A program made the position numbers and the translations under genes. Below the pieces are notes generated by a model. The model searched no databases. It worked only from the letters and a program-made list of their open reading frames with translations, and had not been told where the DNA came from. A stretch of 64,000 nucleotides of DNA, from positions 44,640,001-44,704,000 of the forward strand of contig OX597833.1 of the NCBI GenBank assembly GCA_951406725.2, given 5' to 3'. Shown piece after piece: positions 25,743-64,000 of the stretch. This DNA is from Octopus vulgaris (Eukaryota). The first letter of the stretch is position 1; each line of letters opens with the position of its first letter.

Positions 25743-26142
25743 GTAAGTAACTTTTTCTCTTATTTTAATTTCATTGTACAGAATTGCATTCTTTTGTGTC
25801 CACTAGTGGGACAAATTATTAGTGTCTCGTCAAAAAACTTTTACATCATTTCTGTCCTGTTGAGTTCTGAGCTCCAATTCCGCTAAGGTCGAGTTTCTCA
25901 TACTTTCATCTTGCCAGATGTCAATGAATATAATACTGTCTAGTACCAGGGTCTACTTAAATTAACAGTTGCATTTTTCCAAACAATATAGCTTTATATC
26001 TATCCTATGTCATTCTGAAGTAACGCTTTGACTATGGGACGAAATGAAAACACTATTTATCATACACATAACATTTACGCTGTCAGGAAGATAACTAAAA
26101 CGAAATAATAAAATTGTAAATAAAGTAAAACATACATAAGTA

Positions 26143-26189
<47 letters not shown>

Positions 26190-26973
26190 GAAATGAGGTA
26201 CTCAGAAATCCGGATGGTTTAATATTTACAAATATTTATTAGTATGTTACATATGTTTATACATCATATATCACATATTAGCGCTTTCGTCAATTCTACT
26301 GGAGCCTTCAAATTTGAAGGCTGCAGTAGAATGGACGAAAGCGCTAATATGTGATATATGATGTATAAAAATATGTAACATACTAATAAATATTTGTAAA
26401 TATAAACCCATCCGGATTTCTGAGTACCTCATTTCTTCTAATATATAATACCTGTACATCATCTCCAAACCTTCTAATATGTATATATATATATATATAT
26501 ATATATTTGTGCTTGGTGCAAAGTCCCAGCCTGGCCAAATTTGTGACCAAATTTGTGCTTGGTGCAAAGTCCCAGCCTGGCCGAGGATGACTTAGTGTGG
26601 AAAAAGGAGGTGGACAATGCTATAAAATTAAAGAGATATGCCTGCAGGAACTGGAAAAACGGTGGAAGCAAAGCATTATAACAGGGAGCTTTGCCAACGT
26701 TATACAACGTAAGGATCAGAGACGTGAGGTGCTCAGGATTGCAAAGCAGTGTATCAGAGAGAAAAGAGATGTGGTAGGTGAGAAATGTGTGCGAATGGAT
26801 CACGATATGCTTGCGCTTAGTGAATCAGAGAAGAAAGATGCGTGGAGATGCCATTATGAAAGGTTGTTAAATGTGGGGAATGACTGGGAGAAGGAGAGTC
26901 TTTCAAATATTGAAACAATTGAGGGACCCTTTTGGTAATAAATGGCATACGGCTGTCTACATTAATTTGGTTG

Positions 26974-27011
<38 letters not shown>

Positions 27012-27028
27012 ACACACACTCAGAGAGA

Positions 27029-27074
<46 letters not shown>

Positions 27075-27632
27075 GCGTGAAAGCTTACGGTTTAATAAAT
27101 TGTCATACGTTTAAACTACTTTTTAAAGAGATGCCTTTCCCAGTCATTTCGCTTTTCTAGTATATGTTCCCGGGTTCAATCTCACTGCACGTCGCCTTGG
27201 GAGAGTGTCTTCAACTATAGCCCCAGACAGGCCAGTACTTTACCAGTAAAATAATTTCGCTTAGTTCCGCCGGACTAATATGTCAAGCGTCTAGAGATAG
27301 ATTCTCCTTATATATATTAATTATTATTTGATGGAATAAAATCCAAATTACAAGGAAACAGAATTTAATTTAGAAATACTCATTCAAATTCCACACAATA
27401 TGATATATATATAAAATATTAGAAAAAAAAGACCTTTTATCAATTCAAAATGAATAATTAAATTACACCACCTAGGAAATTACATATATTAGAAAAGTTA
27501 AAAGTAAAATAACAATTAAAGTTAATTACTTTTTAATTGTTATTTTAATTTTAACTTTTCTATTATATGTAATTTTCTAGATGGTGTAATTTAATTATTC
27601 ATTTTGAATTGATAAAAGGTGGTTTTTTTCTA

Positions 27633-27857
<225 letters not shown>

Positions 27858-28268
27858 TATATATATATATATATACGCTGAGTAATTTATATATATATAT
27901 ATACGCTGAGTAATTAATTTTGTTATTATAAATTTAGCTTTTCTCTTATATGTAATTTTCTAGATGGTGTAAATTAATTATTTATTTTGAATTGATAAAA
28001 GGTGGTTTTTTTCTAATATTATATATATATATAAACCGACCTTTTCTGTTAAGGTCATCTCATCCATAATTCGATTAAATACCAATTCAAGATCGAATTC
28101 TAATCATAAAGTTTTGGAATTTTTAAAGTCATTTCGTGTAGCTTAGCTCCTACGTTTAAATATCTTGTCTTCATTTCCGACTGGTTTACTATTTTAAATT
28201 AATAATAGGAATTGAAAAGTGTATTTCATTTGCTATATCATATTTCATTTTTTCTTGTTTAATTTTAG

Positions 28269-28286
28269 CTACCACTGCTAAACCGA
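28269..28286 (+). CDS. Stalk microexon 5 (18 nt, TTTAKP), copy 1
   Basis: ttttAG|CTACCACTGCTAAACCGA|GTGAGT; phase 1-1. Confidence 0.72.
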
Positions 28287-28686
28287 GTGAGTAACTTTTT
28301 CTCTTATTTTAATTTCATTGTACAGAATTGCATTCTTTTGTGTCCACTTGTGGGACAAATTATTAGTGTCTCGTCAAAAAACTTTTACATCATTTCTGTC
28401 CTGTTGAGTTCTGAGCTCCAATTCCGCTAAGGTCGAGTTTCTCATGCTTTCATCTTGCCAGATGTCAATGAATATAATACTGTCTAGTACCAGGCTCTGC
28501 TTAAATTAACAGTTGCATTTTTCCAAACAATATAGCTTTATATCTATCCTATGTCATTCTGAAGTAACGCTTTTACTATGGGACGAAATGAAAACACTAT
28601 TTATCATACACGTAACATTTACGCCGTCAGGAAGATAACAAAAACGAAATAATAAAATTGTAAGTAAAGTAAAACATACATAAGTA

Positions 28687-28729
<43 letters not shown>

Positions 28730-29016
28730 GAAATGAGGTACTCAGAAATCCGGATGGTTTAATATTTACAAATATTTATTAGTATGTTACATATGTTTAT
28801 ACATCATATATCACATATTAGCGCTTTCGTCAATTCTACTGGAGCCTTCAAATTTGAAGGCTGCAGTAGAATGGACGAAAGCGCTAATATGTGATATATG
28901 ATGTATAAAAATATGTAACATACTAATAAATATTTGTAAATATAAACCCATCCGGATTTCTGAGTACCTCATTTCTTCTAATATATAATACCTGTACATC
29001 ATCTCCAAACCTTCTA

Positions 29017-29048
<32 letters not shown>

Positions 29049-29946
29049 CATCCAAACCATCTAATATATATATATACATCATCTCCAAACCTTCTAATAT
29101 AATATATATATACAATGATGATGATATATCATAATGTTTTCGGGCAATTACAGTCCCTGTCAGTGCATATGTATACAACTATGTGCTTATCTACGCCAGT
29201 AGATCTTTTAGCTCTTATTTCTAGCAATGTAGGTTTCTAACACCCTTAGTCATATTTAGTGACAATTATTAGTTTTCCTTCTTTGGTAACACATTGCACT
29301 CGGCTGTCTATAGCAATTTTTTTTACATACAAACATATGGCAGGTAAAAACATTTGAACCTGGCCGTTGCCAGTTCCGCGTGACTGGCCTTCGTGCCGGT
29401 GGCACGTAAAAGCACCCACTACACTCTCGGAGTAGTTGGTGCTAGGAAGGACATCCAGCTGTAGAAACTCTGCCCGATCAGATTGGAGCCTGGTGCAGCC
29501 ATCTGGCTCGCCAGTCTTCAGTCAAACCGTCCAACCAATGCCAACTTGGAAAATGGACGTTAAACGATGATGATGATGAATGATACGTATATATATATAT
29601 AATTCCCAGTCAATTCGCTTTTCAACCACATGTTTTCGAGTTCAATCTCACTGCACGGCACCTTGGGAGAATGTCTTCAACTATAGCCCCGGACACAGCA
29701 ACGCTGAGTAATTAATTTTGTTATTATAAATTTAGCTTTTCTCTTATATGTAATTTTCTAGATGGTGTAAATTAATTATTTATTTTGAATTGATAAAAGG
29801 TGGTTTTTTCTAATATTATATATATATATAAACCGACCTTTTCTGTTAAGGTCATCTCATCCATAATTCGATTAAATACCAATTCAAGATCGAATTCTAA
29901 TCATAAAGTTTTGGAATTTTTAAAGTCATTTCGTGTAGCTTAGCTC

Positions 29947-30046
29947 NNNNNNNNNNNNNNNNNNNNNNNNNNNNNNNNNNNNNNNNNNNNNNNNNNNNNN
30001 NNNNNNNNNNNNNNNNNNNNNNNNNNNNNNNNNNNNNNNNNNNNNN
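29947..30046. other. Assembly gap (100 N)
   Basis: Run of exactly 100 N, the usual placeholder for a scaffolding gap of unknown size. Confidence 0.99.
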
Positions 30047-32837
30047 ACAGCACATCCTTCGTGTTTGGCGTTGAAGTGTTGGTCGAAGGCCAACCTCGCC
30101 GCCAAAACGTCGGAAGCGATGCCGCTTCTAATTGCCTCTTCTAGCTTCTTAACTAGCTCACCCTCTACTCTATTTCTATCTATGGCTAGTGCTTTGCTGT
30201 ACCTAATCGCTTCTGCTTTTACTGCTCTCTTGAGGGCAAACCACCATTTGTTGTTGATGATGGCTCCCGTCAAAGCCCTCTTTACTAGTGTGCTAATCCG
30301 GTCTCTGAAAACTTGTCTGGACGGGAATGATGCGTTCCAGTTTCCAATACCCAGGAGCCTGTCTATGTGCCTTATCTAAGTCTAGCGTACACGTCACCAA
30401 TTTGTAATCCGTGTAGCTGACTGTCTGGAATTGTGGACATCCTAAGTTATCCTTGTCTACTGTCCTACACAGTATCCTATCTGGTACGATCAAACGATCC
30501 ACTGCGGTTGCTCCATGTCCACGTTGGTGCATTTGGGTGGTCGAGTCGGTACCTGTCAGACAGTTGGAATCGTCTGAGCAGGTCTCTGAGGCATTTGCAT
30601 CCTCTTCTGTTTTTGTCTCTCCCCACATAGTCTAGATGTGTGTCCAAGGTAGCATTCCAATCCCCCACTAAAAGTAAAGGATGAGACGTTCCCAGGAATA
30701 CTTCTAGACGTCGAAAGAAATCCGGCCGACCTGTTAAAGGCGGTGCGTAGACTGATACGAGTCGAAAAGCGCACCCATTGCTGCCGTCGACATCCACAAC
30801 CATCAGTCTACCCTCCGGGTCTACGAATATCGTCTTGACTTCGAGATCCAGGCTCCTGTGAAAAAGTACCGCGGTGCCACTACCGCCCATCCTCGGCAGA
30901 CAGGGAGCGAAATAAATGTTAACCTGTCCGCCAAACATGGACTTTAGGGCCCGTGGCTCGTGGAGTCTGGTCTCACTTATGTCTATGATTCCCAAATCAT
31001 GTGACTTGATGTCATTTAGGAGGTATCCTTGTTTCCAAGGAGACCCCAAGCTACGCGCATTCACACAACCAATCTTGACCATGATTCTATTGGGGTGTGT
31101 GCTTTAAAACACAAAAAGGAAAGTACAGAGAGTTACTTACTTGTGTCGAAAGTTTTGGCTTCCTCGTTCTTTGATGTGTCTTCGAGGAGGTTTTTATAAA
31201 GTTTTTGGGACAGATATTTTTGGAAACCCCCTACAGCATTTGGGAAGAGGGCTTTGAGTTTGTGGTGTTGTGTTTGTGTGATGTGTAGTATTTTGATGTG
31301 TTTGGGTGGTGTAGTGCGTGGATGATTGCTATTTTTAAAGTCATCTTCACAAATGTTTGTGTAGCCTGTGATGTACTCCATTAGTTTGGAGTCTTTGGTG
31401 TCTTTCGCTGATAGCATTGTGTGTGTTTTTGTGGTGTTGGTGCTTGTTTGGTTGTGTATGGAGTTTTCAGGGTTCAGGTATCTCCCTGCTTTGGTTGCGA
31501 TTTCTTGTTTGGTTTTTCTTGATCTTTTTCTTTTACTCCCTGTGGCTATTTGCCATTCTGTCGAACTTTCATCGTTAGATGAAAAGTCTGACGAATCAGC
31601 AGGGGGTAAGGGTAAAGCGTATGGGTCTGTTTGTGCGGTTGTAGATATTGTTGTGGTGCGCGGGGAGGGTGTTGCTGGGGGGTTTGTTGTGGTTATTGTC
31701 TCTCCTACATCCTTGGTGCTTGTCTTCTTCGTTGTTATTCTTGGTGTTGGAATTGGTTTATTTGTTGTTGGTGGTGATGATTCTGTTCTTGGCGCTGGTG
31801 TTGTTGTTGTTTGGTTGGGTTGGCTTGTTCTTTGTTGTTTTTCATGCATTTCTGCATACAGCTTCTTGACTAGCCGTCCATATTGTGGTGTGGGCAATAA
31901 TGCTGGCTTTTGTGGTTTTTCCTGTGGCTGTTGTTGTTGTTGTAATTTAGCGGCAGATTTGCACTCCTTTTTGAGGTGTGCCTCACTGCCACATGTATAG
32001 CATCGTGGCCTTCTGCCCTCGACTACTACGTACAACTTGCGTCCATCCTCAAGATGCATGTGGGTGGGAATTTTATTGATGTCGTCTTGACTTATGTGGA
32101 AGAGGAACTCCATTCTCTTTCCCAGCCAGTCCTTGTTTTTCGAAACACCGATATCTAGGATGTTTAAGTCCTCCATTTCGGATGTTATCCACAGTGTTGT
32201 TGTTACTTGGGGGATATTATTGACGATGACCTTCGTCACCTTCTGGCCAAGGTAACTCGGTGTCATCGTTAGTTCATCAGAATGAAGGGTTATCGTTGAG
32301 AATTTCTTCGCCAACTCTTCATTCTGAAAAACCACCTGTACGTGGGCGAACTTGTTCGCCCAAGTCACATAATCCTTGTATCCCCAGATGGGGCGTAGGC
32401 ACTTTTCTATTTTGTCTGTGCTTGCCTTTTCTGGACTTTTAGTTTTTTTATTTGTTATTTTATATAAAATGGTCTTCTTTTTTTCCTCATTCAGTATGTG
32501 TTGTGGTATGTGTAAGAGTATTTTGCCGTTTTCATTGGTGATAAGGTTTCTGCAATCTTTTATTTGTTGTGTAGTAAACGAAACTTTTGTTACTTTTTCT
32601 TTTATCGCCTCGGCGAAGTTTGTTGTTGTTTTGTTATTGTTGTTACTGCCGGTGGTGTTGGTGTTGATGGCAGGGGTGTGGGTTGTAGGTTTGTGGTTGC
32701 TGATTATGCAACTAGCAAGGGGTGGAAAATTGTCTGCGTAATTTAGTCCTGCATTAGCGCAAATTTCGGCATTTCGTTTGGTTGTAGTTGTTATTTTTTC
32801 ACTTGTTGGTGATGGAGTGAGCAGTGGTTGAAGGGAA

Positions 32838-32869
<32 letters not shown>

Positions 32870-33556
32870 ATTGTCGTTCTTGGTGACGGCGGTGGTGTTA
32901 GTGGTATTAGTAGCATTGACGGCAAGGTCTTTGGTGGCGGTGATGGTGATGTTGGTATTGTTATTGGTGGCGATGTCCTTAGCAGGGATAGCAGTTTTAG
33001 TAGCAGATGCTGCCATGGTGTTGTTGTCGGTGTTGGTGGTGGACTCACTGGTGGTGTTGACGGTGCTTGGCCTTGCGACCTTTGTTTTGTATTTGTTGCT
33101 GTTGTCGATGCTGATGGTGGTGGTGGTGGTGGTGAAAGCGGTGGTGGTAACAGTAGTAGTCTCTTTGTTGTTGTTCTTGTTAGTGGTGGTAGTGGTGACA
33201 GGGTTGTTACTACAAGTGGTTGCAGCGTTCATTGCAAATTCATTGATGATTTCACCTTGCGTGCATAAATTCTTTTTTTCTCCTAGCGTTTCCAGACTAG
33301 GAGAATGATGGTCGATAGAGGAACGCGACCATCGTTCTAAAATACAATTTCTTGACATTTTCAAAATGTCGAAAAGGAAATTACACAAATTAAATAGGGT
33401 TGAAACTGCCCCTAGGGGCGAATTCCTCCCTTGGAAAAGCACTCAAACGAAAGTTGGGTGCCTTACACAACTTATTTACAAAAATGTACACAAAAATTGG
33501 CCTATAAATAGTCAAAATAAACGATTACCTTCGGAGCTGAACTGACATCACGTCCG
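30047..33556 (-). mobile_element. L1/Tx1-clade LINE, copy 2 (cut by the gap)
   Basis: ORF1 31133-33442 (769 aa). The ORF2 EN domain at 30477-31082 is open for 201 aa (NARSL, SETRL, VYAP, LVGDWNA, WTW). Confidence 0.92.
31133..33442 (-). CDS. LINE ORF1 protein, copy 2
   Basis: Identical to 2956-5277 except a 4-aa indel (ITSEME vs ITSDLTSEME) and PRTTT vs PRITT; CCHC knuckle present. Confidence 0.85.
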
Positions 33557-33565
33557 TCAATAAAC

Positions 33566-33636
<71 letters not shown>

Positions 33637-33704
33637 CAAAAGATGCATACATACATACATATATACATAATGAGAGAAAGAAAGAGAACAGTTTCACACT
33701 TAGG

Positions 33705-33750
<46 letters not shown>

Positions 33751-33989
33751 GTGTGTGTCTAGAGATACAACAAAATCTGTTTTAACACACATATACATAA
33801 TGAGAGAAAGAAAGAGAACAGTTTCACACTTAGGGCGTGTGTGTGTGTGTGTGTATGTGTGTGTGTGTGTGCGTGTGTGTGTGTCTAGAGATACAACAAA
33901 ATCTGTTTTAACACACATGTTCACATCAAGAATCCTGCAAATCAAATAAAAAACGAATTATATATACATATGTATGTATGTATGTATGT

Positions 33990-34054
<65 letters not shown>

Positions 34055-34352
34055 CAAAAGATACATACATACATACATACATACATACATACATACATAC
34101 ATACATACATACATACATACATTATGAGAGAGAAAGAGAACTATTTCACACTTTGCATTACATGCCACTCATTCACTCACACTTCAAATTTCAATTTCAA
34201 CTTCTCACCTTCACACATTTAGCGCTCTATCTTTACTGTTACCTATCATTTGATAACAATTTTTACCTGGATCAGTTATGCTTTGTGGTGAAACTACAAT
34301 TCCTGAGAGGCGTAGATTATTTCCTCCTTTGTCTTCTGGCCTTTTAACTGCG

Positions 34353-62878
<28,526 letters not shown>

Positions 62879-63125
62879 TAGATTCCTGCGTGCTCGCGCA
62901 TACACAGACATACTCTCACACACACATACACGCACACATACATACATACACATACACACACATACATGCATACATACATACATACATACATACATACATA
63001 CATACATACATACATACATACTTACATACATTCATACATACATACATACATACATACATACATACATACATACATACATACATACATACATACATACATA
63101 CATACATACATACATACATACATAC

Positions 63126-63656
63126 GAAATCTGTCGGAAGGATAATCCTGAGGACAAACAAATCAAAACCCACAATATGGTAGAAGCCATTCTAATAAAA
63201 AGGAATACTAGTGGAATGTATCAGTGAAGACCTCAATAAAATGTAAGCACAACAGACCTGATATAATGATTTGGGATATAGAAGAGAAACTGTGCACAGT
63301 CGTAGGAATTAGCTGCCCAGCGGATTTTAACATAAAGCTAAAGATCAGTGAAAAAGAGAACACTTATGCTGACCTATTGAGAAATCTGCAGATTACAAGT
63401 TCAGGTTTATATCTGAAATTATTGGGACCCTGGGATATGTAACACACTGCCTAAAAGCCAATCTTGAGATATTAGGCTTCTCAAAACCAGAAAGGAGGAA
63501 GCTAATTCGAAGACTACAGATCCAATCCATCACTGGAACTGTAAAATTCTGTAAAATCTTCCAGAAGTTTATCTTTTAAATATATATATGAACATGTCTC
63601 GATATGCAAGTATATGCATGAGAAGACATACATAAAACAAAATATACAAATCTGCA
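63126..63656 (+). mobile_element. 5'-truncated non-LTR retrotransposon of the restriction-like endonuclease type (R4/Dong-like) within (CATA)n
   Basis: KHNRPDIMIWD...ISCPAD.NI..K..EKENTY..L resembles the RLE PD..D/E..K..KY pattern, followed by GALG-like and RRLQIQSITGT segments; (CATA)n tracts on both sides. Confidence 0.75.
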
Positions 63657-63708
63657 CACATACATACATACATACATACATACATACATACATACATACA
63701 TACATACA

Positions 63709-63739
<31 letters not shown>

Positions 63740-63890
63740 TGCTTTGAATTCGGTTTCTAAATCAATTACAATTTCCTAACTTTCAGTTAGATATTTCAAA
63801 CTGAGAATCAAAAAGCAAATAAAATAGCCCCACCGCGTGTCTTCTACTATAGCCTCGTGGATTTGGTAGACAGAAACTGAAAAAAGTCTG

Positions 63891-63980
<90 letters not shown>

Positions 63981-64000
63981 ACTAGATTACCCGTTACACG

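Overview
AT-rich, microsatellite-dense animal DNA. The SINE, RTE and microsatellite repertoire suggests an octopus or other cephalopod; that is an inference from repeat recognition, not a database result. The window is dominated by two near-identical copies of a ~28.1-kb block (1870-29946 and 30047-58124) separated by a 100-N gap, which is either a false haplotype duplication or a very recent tandem duplication. The main gene, mostly missed by the ORF track, is a + strand spliced cell-surface protein gene. It has a candidate signal-peptide exon, two phase 1-1 Ig-superfamily exons, an array of eight symmetric 18-36 nt microexons encoding a Thr/Pro/Lys mucin-like stalk (TTTAKP/TTTEKP units), and a terminal hydrophobic exon (TM helix or GPI signal). 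The complete model is 34353-62878, 12 exons, 1053 nt, 350 aa. The microexon array was built by tandem duplication of ~1.8-kb and ~4.3-kb intron+exon units, each 1.8-kb unit carrying a 258-bp palindrome. The flanks and introns hold an L1/Tx1-type LINE, mariner, hAT and Chapaev3-like remnants, RTE and RLE-type LINE fragments, tRNA-derived SINEs and a U6 pseudogene. Nothing prokaryotic was seen (no CRISPR, no rRNA).
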